Below, in pieces: positions 13,263 to 27,133 of a stretch of 64,000 bases of DNA. The first letter of the stretch is position 1. Each line of letters begins with the position of its first letter. Source of the stretch: the human T2T-CHM13v2.0 reference genome, Homo sapiens; assembly GCF_009914755.1 (NCBI RefSeq), contig NC_060938.1; one strand, given 5' to 3'. The notes below the pieces were generated by a model. The model saw nothing but the letters and a program-made list of their open reading frames with translations, made no database searches and was not told the DNA's origin. The position numbers were made by a program, and so were the translations under genes.

Positions 13263-13265
13263 ATA
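13147..13265. repeat. (AAAT)n microsatellite pair with duplicated/inverted flank
   Basis: Two AAAT arrays, each preceded by ttcaagataaaata. Confidence 0.85.
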
Positions 13266-15077
13266 TTCCCGTGAAGAATATGGGAAAAATAGTGACTTTA
13301 AAAAAAACACAACTAACATCATGGCCATAATATCATCACTATAGCATTTTCACAGTTTTTGAGCACAAATGATTAACTTAAACACACAGAATTGTAAAAA
13401 CTGGAGATATATGTATATGTATAAATACACTTATATATTTTATATTATATATATTTTTATTACATATGTATGTGTATATGTGCATATATATACATGTATG
13501 TGTATATACTTATAATTCTCATCATACAAACACACACACACACAGACCCCTACGCACCTATGTACCTGGAATCTTTCACCATTCTGGTTGTATTGGTAAG
13601 GATGGACATAGAGAGGTTAGAGAGAGAAAAGAGGAAAGAAAGAGAATTGAAACATACTGTAAATAAATAGTCTTGTTTATAGCAATTCCTTAACATTTGT
13701 TTTACAACAGTTGTTTTCATGTTCAGCCCACACCAGCTGTTCCCCAAACACAAGAGTTTTCAAAACTAATATGCTTTGCACCAACAATTCTCCATAAAAT
13801 GTTTAATTCATTGTAATCTTTGTCTTATTACTGCTCTTGTTCTAACTACATCCAGCCCATCCCAAATCTCAATAGATATTTTTGGGAAGTAGACATTTTT
13901 GGAATGGAAAAAATGGTTTACATATTTCAAAACTATAAGGTGGCTGATAGACAAGATTTGTTTAAAAAGTATGTATGTATGAGGACTGTGTTTGGTTTTT
14001 AAATGTCATTGTGAATGTTGAGCTAGATACATTATTAATAAATGTCATCTTTTCAAGTGAGTTCAGTATTAATATTGATACAGACTTTCTTCCTGTTCTT
14101 AATTTTGCATCTCAATAAAGATATGAATGTTGGCAAGCACTGCTATTGACAATTGATAAAATTATGCAAACACAATGTTTTTGCAGCCTTTGAGTAAATA
14201 CTGCATGCTAATGAATTTCAAAGTGTTTTCTGTGTTCCTGTAGGAGCTGAATTTGTGTAGGTGGACTGCACCATAGATGTGCTTTTCTAAGCCTATTACA
14301 CTTATCTCAGCAGAGCTGTTGTTTGCCTCCTAATAAGCACTTTGATAATTTTATCATGAGCTCTGAGGCCCTCCAAAGATCATTTATATAATGACATCTT
14401 GTGGAAGCAAGCCTCTCTAGAACTTTCTGAAGGTAATAATTATTTCATATATTTGTTCTGTAGTCACAGTGGTGTTTTCAAAAAGCTTCCTGCTAATTTT
14501 CAGTCTATACTTGATGCCACAGGATTGTTCTTCAGTTGTAATAAAATAGTTTGGACCATAAAGGGGCATGCATTTTGAATTAGGTTTTAAGATATCCAAC
14601 TCTCAAAGGAAAACATTTACCTAGCTAATGATTCTTTTATATTCCTGTCCTTAGAGTTTAAGAGATAATTCAGGGAATTAGTATATCAATGCACAGAACA
14701 AAATCTAAATAAAGGGGAGGTAGAAAAAAGTTAAGAGTAGCTTATAAATACCCAATTGAGGTCTTTCTATGTGTACACATGAAATCTAGAATGATTTCTT
14801 GTCTTAAAGAAATGCATCAATCTATATTACTTGAACGTTCACAAAATTTAAGAATTATGCCCTAGTGAGGGATATTCTGAAGAAAAAAAAATCTAAAAGA
14901 AGAAAAAGGAAACTTTGAATACATTCATAGCATTATTAATTAGCTTAGTAGTATTATTAATTAGTTTACTCTTAAAAACAGTAATCTTACTCTGATAAGT
15001 TTGCCTCAAGATAAAATATAATTGTTATACATAAAGATTCTTCATAAGAAAAGCCAATTAAAATTAGACTTTTAAAA

Positions 15078-15223
15078 TTTATTTTTATTTTTTATTTTAT
15101 TTCTTCTGGAGACAGGGTCTCGCTCTGTTGCCCAGGCTGGACTCGAACCCCTGGGTTCAAGTGATCCTCCTGCCTCAGCCTCCTGAGTGGTTGAGACTGT
15201 AGGCACACACCACCACATTTGGT
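15078..15223 (-). mobile_element. FLAM-type Alu monomer
   Basis: Single monomer gagacagggtctcgctctgttgcccaggctgg...gtaggcacacaccaccac. Confidence 0.8.
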
Positions 15224-15240
15224 TCCAAGAGTTATACTTT

Positions 15241-15534
15241 ATTTTATTTATTTGAGACAGAGCTTCACTCTGTCGCCCAGGCTGGAGTGCAGTGATGCGA
15301 TCTCGGCTTACTGCAACCACTGCCCCCTGGGTTCCAGCGATTCTCCTGGCTCAGCCTCCCAAGTAGCTGCGATTATGGGCACACGCCACCTCGCCCAGAT
15401 AATTTTTGTATTTTTAGTAGAGATGGGGTTTCACCATGTTGGCCAGGCTGGTCTCGAACTCCTGACCTCAAGTGATCCTCCCGCCTTGGCTTGCCAAGTG
15501 CTGGGATTACAGGCGTGAGCCACCACGCCCAGGC
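15241..15534 (-). mobile_element. AluS (Sx/Sz-like)
   Basis: Full Alu, TSD agagttatacttt/agagttatatttt. Confidence 0.93.
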
Positions 15535-15575
15535 AGAGAGTTATATTTTAAAGCAAAATTAGGAGACTACCATAT

Positions 15576-15793
15576 CAGTGGTCTCTAATCTTTATGAGTG
15601 AGAAAACATTTGTGCACCTCCAATATATTTATATGTAATATATATGAAATATACATATACACTACTATTCAAAAATATTATGTATGTTAGAACGCATAAA
15701 TAAAAGAGGAAAGTTAAAAGACTAAGATAAAAATAAACATAGATATTTGCCTTGTCACTCTCTGAGGAGTACACTCTGCTTTGGAGAACACTG
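15576..15793. mobile_element. Non-autonomous hAT-Charlie element
   Basis: Ends cagtggtctc...gagaacactg (Charlie-type TIRs), AT-rich interior. Confidence 0.6.
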
Positions 15794-15804
15794 CTCCATA
15801 ATAT

Positions 15805-16043
15805 TAGCAAACACCCATTGTGCCGGGTTGCATCCTAAGAATTCTAGATATATTAACTCATTTAATCCTCAAAACAACCCTAAAGGGGGACATGATTATT
15901 ATGCTCATTTTACAAATGAAGGAGTTGAAGGTTGGAGATATTCAGTGATTTGCTTAAGATCACACAACTAGGAAGTGGCACAGCTGGGATAAAAACCCAG
16001 AAAGTATAACACAGAGTCAGGGCACTCAAGCTCCATGTTGCAC
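15805..16043 (-). mobile_element. MIR
   Basis: aactcatttaatcctcaaaacaaccct...cattttacaaatgaagg...aagatcacacaactaggaagtggc. Confidence 0.85.
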
Positions 16044-16462
16044 AGAGAAATGCAATTGACTAGCCACACTCTACACCCCACTCATAACCTCTCAACCCTT
16101 TGCTCATCTCACTTCGGAACCTCCTGGACCTGTTACCTTTTACTAAATTACACTAAAGACCAATAAAATATCTCTTTAAAATTGAAAATAAGTTATGAAA
16201 AGACAGGAGATTACAGGTGCTTTTTGTAATAGAAGAGTATATCCTTTTGTTTACCCTGCATCTCCCCAAATGTTCTCGAACTGTCCCTCCCATTGATCTC
16301 TTTAGCAGACATCAATAATGCTACAAAAGATCTTCTACTGAGAAGGAGGAAATATTTGACCCATGCAGCTTTTTCTGTATTCATTAATTAGAGGATTTCC
16401 ATTTTCAGAATAGTAAAGGAGGCAGTGTAATTATTTTCTTTGAACTGTGTTTTGGGGTCTAG

Positions 16463-16562
16463 TATAAATCCTTAGTTTCATTACTTAAAATAAAGAAAAA
16501 ACAGGACTTCTTAATATAAATCTTTAGTTTCATTACTTAAATAAAAAAAGAGGACTTCTTAA
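16463..16562. repeat. ~50-bp tandem duplication (2 copies)
   Basis: tataaatc(c/t)ttagtttcattacttaaa...aggacttcttaa occurs twice. Confidence 0.9.
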
Positions 16563-17984
16563 TTGTTTATAGGTGACATTGTAAGACACAACCCCCAAAA
16601 AGTAAAATTATTTTGAATATGGTGTCTCCTATAATCCGACAATGGTCTAAGCAGTATTTTTATTAGTAATTCTTATTTCATAAACAGATATATGACTAAT
16701 TGGTCACACTTATTAATGAAAGTATAAATGAGGCTACTTAGGGATATCTTAATGGACAATATAAAACAAGTCATAGCCCATTAGAACAAACAATCACAAG
16801 TCATAATCACAGAGTTAAAATACAGTTAGGGAAAATCTATCATTGATTCAGATTGTGATTGGCACCTATAGGTGCTCAATAAATAATTAGAGCTGGCACC
16901 AAGGTTACATAAAAAGTTAGATGATCCCGATACTCCATCCTAGGATGTAACTATCATTAATAACATTTCTTTTTTAGGAAAAATGGATTACCAGATTCTA
17001 ATTTGGATTCCAATCAAGGTAACACTGGTGTTCCATGATATCTCTGAAGAAAGTGATGGCCGCTCAGCAAGAAGAAACTCAGTCTCCAATCCCAGTTTTC
17101 CACAGCCCCATCCTCCCAATGACAGCAGCTAGCAGCTGAAAATAGGAAAAATCTTCCCAAGACCCCCACAGCCAAATTTTGGAAGAGAGATAATTTGGAA
17201 TCTTTCCCTAAAAAGAAATTTAGGAATTTTTTTGCTATCTTAAGGGAAGGATCTCTGTTCCTGGCATACCATGGCCTTGCTATTCCCAGGCAAGATGATC
17301 CAGGATTAGTGTATAATGACTGTTTGCTATTTTCTGTATTATGAATTTTTAAATAACATTTTCCTAGCAGGAAAGACATGTCTTTAAAGGACGAACTCCT
17401 ATAAAAAAGAGTTACTGCATTTACCTTGAAGCTTGACAGCTATGCATTTATTTCAAGTAGAACACTTTCAAAGAGAAAAATTTCTAGTTACTTATTCAGA
17501 ACAGCTATTCTATCAATGCTTTTCTCTTCCCTTCTTGAATCAATGCTTTTCATTATTACTGTGACCATGATTAAAACTGAGGAGTAATAAACTGCATATA
17601 TTTAAATTAATTAGAGTCTTCAAAGGTTTTCCTCTACCTCTTCTTTTCCATCTCATTTCTCTATGCAAGTTTTATTTTTACTCAGATATAGTTACCAAAT
17701 GCTTTCATTTAATAATTATATGTGTCTGGGACTTCTTTCAAGCTATACCTATACTTGAAAATGTACCTGTCTCTAACCTCTGGTATCTTATTTTTTAAAA
17801 CACTCCTGCTGTTTCACCTTTACCTGGGATCCTTCCCTAGCTTCAGGACAGAAAGCAAATATCTACTGGTTTCACATAACAAAAACTAATTGTTCCTAAA
17901 TATCAGTCCTTAGATAACTGCTGTTATAGAGTTTGTACCATCTATAACAAAATGATGGCACAAAATATAAGGTGTACACACATA

Positions 17985-18016
<32 letters not shown>

Positions 18017-18032
18017 ACACACACATTCACAC
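17985..18032. repeat. (CA)n microsatellite
   Basis: Direct reading. Confidence 0.92.
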
Positions 18033-18864
18033 AAACCCCTCTACTGGTATAAAGGTCCCAACTGAAACTAGTTTTTTTGGGGAAAGTTTAGCATTTATTC
18101 TGAAATTATGTTATTAAACTTTTAAAATTTTAAAATATCCTGTTTCTTAGATAATAATGGCAATAGTAAATGAAAGTTTCTTCTTAAAAAATTTGAGTAT
18201 TTGTGAAAATAAAATTTAGCCTGAAAATTTGTTTATAAGCAGAGCTTCATTATATTTGATGGTTAAAATTCTGTGGAGAACTTTCTCTAGTCTTTGAAAT
18301 TCAAAGGTCTGGAAGCCACTGCTCTAAACAACTGACCTGACCCTTCTTTGTTAACCTGCTTGTGATGTAGCCCCTTCATACCTGTTTCTTCATGTTATTT
18401 AATTAGACTTACAGGATGTCATCCCATCAACTCCATTTCCTTCATAAGTCATTCTACAGGAGTACAAAAATGAAAATGGACTTATTTGTCTTAGTCTCTA
18501 CAATGCCTAAACTGTATCAGGTATAGACAGATGTCTATGTACTGTCTAATGCTGGTACTAGCACATCTTGCTTTTATTTCAAAATACTTTAGGAAAATCA
18601 TTTGATTTGATGGAATCATCTCTTTTAATCAATGCATTTCTAAGAAGCAGTAAGGAAACAATATGGGCAACGCTCTGTGCTAAAGCCAAAATTAAGTTGC
18701 TAACCAATTAGCAATAATTCAGAAGATGATATGTAAGGGGGTGAACATTTTCTTCATTAATAAACAGTAACGTATTCTCAAGGATTATGGCTAACTACTT
18801 CATGGTTTTATTGAAAACCTAGACAAGGCACCTCTGAAGAGCTAAGCACCTGCTAGATTCATTT

Positions 18865-19030
18865 AATTTGACTTTGGGTTGGATGCCAAGAATCCTGAAT
18901 TCCACTTCTATTCCCATCACTAAGCAGTTGTGTGACCTTGGATGAGTTACCTCACCACCCTGAATCTTAATTTTCTTGTTCTTAAAAGACAAGGCATGTT
19001 AGATGATTTCTAAAATCCTTTGCCTGAGAT
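18865..19030 (+). mobile_element. MIR3-like SINE
   Basis: tgtgtgaccttggatgagttacctcac...ttagatgatttctaaaatcctt. Confidence 0.7.
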
Positions 19031-19879
19031 CCTGCTTTCAATGAACCCGGAAGAGAGCAAACATTGTTATTCTGCTTTTCTACCTAGAAATAATATCCCC
19101 AAAACAACAACAAAAAAAACAACTCCAGATTCTCCAAGTTTATTTGAATAGAAAGAGCTGAGATGTAGAATTATGGTATCAACAATTCCAAATCCTGGTA
19201 TCACAGTCTCCTGGAATGACCCTAATTATCTCATTGGTATAAGTATAAATGTTGAAAAAGTTATCAGAGTAAACTAAAATTTAAATCTCTTTATGAAAAT
19301 GATGACATATAGTAATTTAAGGAGAAGGATTTTTGCAAGATGAAATAAAAGATTGGATGCTGGAACTTTTCAATGCGTTGGAATCACAGTGATTAGACAA
19401 CTCCTGTAAAAGCAGAACAGTACTACAGTTATGAATATAGTCCCTGGTGACTTACTGCTTGACTCATCCAAAATCATGCCCTTCCCACTCCAGTTAAAAT
19501 GTTATCTCCCATCAAAATATGACATCTGAAAACAACATGCCAGTAACTCTAGGCCTTAGGGAACTGCAATGAATATCATTCAAATTAATTCTGACTGACA
19601 TTTTGGTAAATCACCTCTTGAAGTCAGGAAGGGAACATTTTTAAAGCACTTGAGGAGTGCCAAAATAGAAAGGAGTAAAACCACATTCATCATGCAGGAG
19701 GTGAAGTGCCAGGCAAGTCTGAAGCCAAAAAAATGGCAGCCACATCATTTCAATTGAATGAGTGATGAGTCTTCATCAACAAGCGTGTATTGACTCCTGC
19801 TATGTAAATGGTATAACAGGTGATCTATATATGGAAAGAGAAATATTTATGTGTACTCATTTATATTTTAGAAAGGCAG

Positions 19880-20130
19880 TTCAACAATTAAAAGCAAGAT
19901 TTTGGAATCAGCAAGAATCTCTTCAAACATGGGCTCTGTCACTTACCAGCTGCTGGGCTTTAAGAGAGTGAATTTCCCTAAGATTCAGTTTTCTGAACTG
20001 TAAAATACAGATGATAGAAATACATATTCATATGATTGATGGCAGGACTAAATAAAATGATGCCTGTATAGCGCTCAGCACAGCTCAGCATAAATTAATA
20101 AATTAATAAAAGTTAGCTGTTGTTTCTATT
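19880..20130 (+). mobile_element. MIR
   Basis: ggctctgtcacttaccagctg...ttcagttttctgaactgtaaaatacagatgata. Confidence 0.75.
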
Positions 20131-20264
20131 ATATATGTTAAATTAAACCCATTATAAATAGGATTAATTATAAAATAATGACCTAGAATTCTAATTACAA
20201 TTCTATTTATAAATACTAACCCTTCCAGTGTGAGGAAACTAGTATTTATTTTAGTGATTTATTT

Positions 20265-20510
20265 TATAGTAATACTATGCAAGTCACCATGCTGGATGCT
20301 TTACATACATATATACATATATATATGTATTTCAAGATATATATATATATACACATATATACATACACACACATATATATGTGTAATTTAATTCTCTTGA
20401 CACAAAGAAACTAAAGTTGAGAGAGTTTGAACAATTTGCCCAAAGGTGATACAGCTAACAGTTGTTAGAGTTAGGATTTGTCTTTAGGTCTTTCCTCAAA
20501 GCCATAAGCC
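20265..20510 (-). mobile_element. MIR with embedded (TA/CA)n
   Basis: atgctttacatac...aagaaactaaagttgagagag...ttgcccaaaggtgatacagcta. Confidence 0.6.
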
Positions 20511-20559
20511 TAATACTAAACTTGAATTAGGGATATCAAAACTATTACTGAGTCTACTT

Positions 20560-21240
20560 CCCTCTCAAATTCATTCCCTTCCTCATCCTTCCTGCAGACA
20601 CTGCTCTAGTTTGGAGATATCTTCATCCCTCATCACCTTAACTGTTATGATAATGACCTAACTGGGCTCATCTCCAGGATTTCCTTGCCCCAATCCATTC
20701 TTACTTCCAGCTGGAAGAATAAACTTCTTGCAGTTCAGCCTCATGTGTGCTCCTAGTCCTCAATGATTCCCATTACTGACAGAATTAAGTACAATACATC
20801 AGGCTTTCCATCGGTATTCTCAATAGCCAGGTGTTGATCCTTCCTTTTGTTCTTATTTCCCAGTTTAGGGCATTTTGGACACTCTAGTTGACCTGGATTG
20901 CCCAAGATTTCCTGGATAATATCCACTACCTTAGACAACCTAGACAGTGACCTGCTTTGCTGCCTTCAACAACAACTCCCTGTTCACCCTCCCCCTGCCA
21001 GCCTCCCCAACCTAGCCCCATCAATACATTACCCATACTCTGGGGTCTCTGCTCAATATTGCTTCATTAATAAAATCTTTTCTGATCTTTCATGACTGTT
21101 TGTGATCACCCTCTCCTTGCAATATCCACAGCTCTTTATTTTTGCCTCGACCGTGGTACTTTTCACTTTTTGATATATACTTAGACTATCATTTTCTTGA
21201 AAGTAGAAATTGAGTCTTATTTATTAAGCATGCCAATGAA
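20560..21240 (+). mobile_element. L2 fragment
   Basis: Pyrimidine-rich L2-like motifs (aatgacctaactggg, caatccattcttacttccagctgga, cccattactgacagaattaagt). Confidence 0.6.
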
Positions 21241-21352
21241 CTGAATATAGTAATAGTTATAGAGAACACTTACATATGACTTAGGTCCAGGCATTTTTCT
21301 AAGATCTCCTACACATATCAACTCAACCTAAACAACAAAAATATGAGACAGA

Positions 21353-22192
<840 letters not shown>

Positions 22193-22272
22193 GCAAATTT
22201 TATTAATATTCCTACTTTTCAGATGAGAACATTTAGGGTTATGAACCTAGTAAGTGACAGGAGCAGGATTAA

Positions 22273-22620
<348 letters not shown>

Positions 22621-22949
22621 GAGCCATTACTCTTAATCACAAAGCTAGGCTGCCTCACTAATAAATCAAAGTTCTTTCCCTAAAGTGGACCATTGATTAT
22701 AATATAGCCTAATAATGAAGAGTTGGCTGCAAAAGGCTTTGGAGTATCCTAATTCACAATTGTACTAATGGGTTGGTTTGTGTTGATATGAGACAGGCTT
22801 GTATTAAATACATGTATTTCAATGTGTTTATGTCTAACTTTCTAGGTAAAACTTGAGTCACCTGTGTAGCTTTTCTGAGATGTATGTAAATGTACACGAA
22901 GAAACTCTGTTTATCTCAATTTAAATTTAGAGCTTAAAACAGTTGGCAC

Positions 22950-23185
22950 TAGGTATGATGAGGCTAAAAGAGGCTTTAGAATCTCACTAATCCGGATTTG
23001 TGCCTATGCACTATTAGTTATGGCCCACTTCTGACAATTTCTGCCTGTGCAATATTAGTCAAGGTGCATAACCTCTCTGAGCCATGGCTCCCATTGATGT
23101 AAAATGGGAACACTAACAGTATCTACCTCATAAAGGTATAGGTTTTGATTCTGATGTAATTAAATTGCTTAAGACAGTACCTGGT
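22950..23185 (+). mobile_element. MIR
   Basis: taacctctctgagcc...tgtaaaatgggaacactaacagtatctacctcata. Confidence 0.7.
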
Positions 23186-23649
23186 TGTTTTCTCTTTAAA
23201 GTCTTGCTGAAATCCTATATCTTTAATAAACTCTTTGTTGACCACAGAAGTCAAAAATGGCCGATTCCTCTTCTGAATTTCTCTAGCATTTATCTGTCCT
23301 ATTCATGTGACACATAATGATTACATTATCTGTTGTAAGGCTAGAAAATATCTTAATATCTTTATAATATTCAGTAAAATTATTCATTCAAAAATTCTTA
23401 ATTGAACACCTGGTACAAGACCTGTGCCTTAGTAATGAGGGAGTCCCTAATGCAGTGTTCTGAATAAAGAAAATGACCAGTAAATAGTTATTGGAATTAT
23501 AAATATTTAATATTATATTATTGCACCATCATAGGAAAAAATTATCAAGTCTCTTCTGATGCATTTTGAAAATAATTGTCCTGGTACTGGAGAAGTAGAG
23601 GGATGGCTGCACTGACTTCCTGAGTCTGTGTCTCAGTGCAGTGCAGGGT

Positions 23650-24095
23650 CTGTATTGAATGCAGCAGTGATGTCACCCTCATCTACATTCATCTCTGCAG
23701 CATATGAGGGAAGTTTGGAGCTACAATTTCCACAAGCCCCTGGCCTTTAGATTTGGCCTGTGGGAGGCACTCCCGCAGACTAAAGCTCATCTCCCAGTGG
23801 CAATGGCAGGCAGGAAGTTTAGATTACCTGAGGTGTGGCCTGCTTTTGACTTCTGAGGATTTCTACTAAGAATCACCCACTACGTGCTACACGCAGCTGA
23901 GGTCGCTGGCTGCAGCTTCCCTGCAAACCCTGTATCACTGAATCTCCTGGCATACTTTCTGAAAGGCCTCCTGACTTCACCCTCTCAGAATTTCCAAAAG
24001 TTGCATAATCCCTTAGTTCCATATTCAGTAATTACTAATTTCTAACCAAAATACTTTGATGGCTTTTGCTTTCCTGATTGAACTCAGACTGATAT
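23650..24095 (+). mobile_element. LTR33-like ERVL LTR
   Basis: GC-richer block with ttagatttggcctgtgggaggcact and end ctttcctgattgaactcagactgata. Confidence 0.5.
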
Positions 24096-24409
24096 GCCAG
24101 GATACGGTTTGGTGATTCAACGGTAACAATAGTGTCATTCATTAAACACAAAATTATTCCCCAATAGAGAATTCTTCTTATTTTTCCCTGGGAGAAAGGA
24201 CACTTACAGCAATTACGAAAGCTGTAAGTGCCCTTCTAATATCAGTGAATTATGTTACTATACCTACTTTTAATGAATTTATTATTTATGATTTACAGTA
24301 GTCCCTGAAATTCTTACTTGTTTTATGAATAAAAGCTATGGAAGAGTTGAACATCATAGCAAAATATAATGATACAGATTATAATGAAAATATATATTTA
24401 TCCCTAATG

Positions 24410-24625
24410 TCACAGCCTGTGGCTCAGGCTCCAGAGCTAGATTGCATGAGTTCAATTTCTAGCTCTTTCACTTACTTGACCACTGTACCTATTTCCTCCT
24501 CTGTAAAATGAGAATTAAACCTTGCAGATTAGTTGAATGGAATAAATGAGTTAATATATGAAAAGTGCTTAAAACAGTATCTGGCACTATAATAAACACT
24601 AAATATGTGGTTACTATTATTAACC
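24410..24625 (+). mobile_element. MIR
   Basis: tttcctcctctgtaaaatgag...aaatgagttaatatatgaaaagtgcttaaaacagtatctggcac. Confidence 0.85.
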
Positions 24626-24959
24626 ATGCATAACTGTAAACATGTATAATTATAATAAAAATAACCTGAACTATTAGCTTTATTATCATTATTACGATTA
24701 GTCACAACAGAAGGGAAGATGGCCAGGATCCTGAATCCCCAAATCCTCACCTAAATGCCATCTGCTGCCATCAATTCCTGACACACATGGCACAAGGGAA
24801 CTCCAAGCAAGTGCACATTTATAACAGTCTCTTATCCTGGCAAACTTGGCAGTGCCCATCAGAGGTTTCTTTTTTATCCTCTCCCATAAGCCTAGACTAG
24901 AGCAAGAAAACCACCTCCGTTCCATAGGACTTAACTTAGAGCTAAGGCTTAAAAGATAT

Positions 24960-25210
24960 ATATGCTTAACATTTATTTACCTTGTATTATATGCCAGACA
25001 ATATGCTAAATATTCTACATGCATCAAAGCCTCATGACACCTTGGAGATAGATATTATTATTACCTACCACCTCAATTAAAAAAAAAAGATATAAACCTA
25101 AGCACAGGAAAGATTGGCATCTTGCCCAAGGGCACATAGCTGGTAAGAGATAATGCTATCTACATTCAGAAAGTTGGACTCAAGAGCCCTTGCTGTTAAC
25201 CACCACACAC
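24960..25210 (-). mobile_element. MIR
   Basis: tatgccagacaatatgctaaa...cttgcccaagggcacatagctggtaag. Confidence 0.75.
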
Positions 25211-26726
25211 ATGCTCGGGTGGTTACATTGCCTGATGCCCTGATTTCCACAACTAGTGGAGGACAAGCATTTTTTAAAATCAGTGAAATTATTTAAATCT
25301 CTAAACTCTTTCTTTGTCCTCAGAAAATTGCATTCTGTAACTCAGTTTGTCTATTATGCATTTTTTTTTTTTACTTAAGGGGAAGAAAAGGTTATGTATT
25401 TTAAAAAAGGTGAGGAAGCCATTGGAGGATGCTATAAATTTATTCTGTCAGGCAGGCCGAGTTGTGTGACAGTCAAAGACATGACTTGATGCGGAGATGT
25501 GAAGTGTGACTTTTTTGACTGTCACACTGGATGAGATGGATGGATTTTGGAACACATCCCAGGAAGCTGAGATACTCATGTGGTCAAGTGTTGGGCTCCC
25601 TGATCAAATCTGACTTGCTGTCTCCGAAGTCGTTGGATTTTGCCAGCCCTCCAGATGCTGCATTGTATCTTTGCAAACACAGTTGGTCTGACACCATCTG
25701 CAAGACCCTGCATTGGGCCTAGCACTATGAGCCATTGTTTCCTGAGGAATTAATGGACATTCTCACATTCTACCTGTGTTAATTGAGTTACTTTCACACA
25801 TGATAATGTGTTGGTTACCCAAGGCCTAGTTCTCACTTACACGCTCTGCACTAGATATGCATATAAATGGGAGAAATCCTGGAAGTTGCTGCCAAAATCC
25901 AGATAGCTTGCTATTCAGCAAATGATAACAGCTAGTGTTTGAAGAAATTATGTTTCCCGAAATAAATGTGCAGTATTCATATTTTAAGGAGCAAACTGGT
26001 GAGAGATCACCTGGGCGCATACTCTAGAAAGGATCTGATCCTTAATGAGACACTTGATTTATCCATATTTCAATTCTTTGCTGTGATTTACACTGGGAAA
26101 ATGATATTTTTCCATGTTCTAGAGCTATTTCACTCTAACATCATCATGGAGCAAAATGCAGGAAAATAAGCATGATTCTGGGCTCCCATCCAAAGGCGTT
26201 TAGTTAATGAATTATCCAAGGTACTTAGTTTTAAGGAAATTCCACTTACCTGCTGCAGTAGGTGTCCTCTGATCAGAAGCAAATGGGAATAATAGTTGTC
26301 CAATTAACCCCCCCAAAACAGTTAAAGTGTGATATAGTTAAAAGAATGTTCATCCTAAGCATTTCATTTCAACTTAAAATATATGACTGTGCTTCAGTTC
26401 AGCAATAAAACAAATACTTTTCATTTCTGTGTGGACCTTTTCACTGAATATGGGCCTGTCTGCTGATTGGCATTTCCCTTCATCTTTCTTGCATAAACTA
26501 CATCCATAATGCATTCTCTAGTGAGTTCTAGTTTGGGTTTCTTCAACTTACAGAGACTTACACAGAAATCTGGGAGAAGTAACCATACATGTTTTCAGAA
26601 ATTTAGTTGTCACAGAAACAAAACCTTTTTTACATTAATATTTCATGGATGTAAAATGTAATTAAAATCATAAGTAATTTTGTGTGATTAAAATAACAAG
26701 TAAAAATAGTATACATGGGTGGTTTA

Positions 26727-27133
26727 TGCTATGGTTTAGATATGTTTTGTTTGACCCTTCCAAGTTTCATGTTGAATTGATCCCCAGTATTGGAGGTGGG
26801 ACCTGGGGGAGGTGTTTGCATCATGGGTGTGGGACATTTAATCATAAATGGCCTGATGCCATTCTCACCGGAGGGAATGAGTGAGCTCTCACTCTTCTTA
26901 GTTCCTGGGAGAACCGGTTGTTAAAAAGAGCCTGGCACCTTTTCTCTCACTTGCCTCCTCATTCTGCATGCACACACTGGCTCCCCTACCCCTTCCACTA
27001 TGAGTGGAAGCAGCTTGAAGCCCCACAGGAAGCAGATGCTGGCATCCATCACACTTCTTGTATGACCTGCAGAACCATGAGCCAAATAAACCTTTTCTTA
27101 TAAATTACCCAGGCACACAAACAGACTAAGACA
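26727..27133 (+). mobile_element. MSTB-like MaLR solo LTR
   Basis: TGCTATGGTTTAGATATG start; gttaaaaagagcctggcacc; cctgcagaaccatgagccaaataaacc; end GACTAAGACA. Confidence 0.9.

Noticed and set aside
16978-17379. Possible 41-nt plus-strand exon (16978-17018) and 121-aa minus-strand ORF
   Set aside because: Splice-like signals exist but there is no recognisable protein, no partner exon and no transcript support
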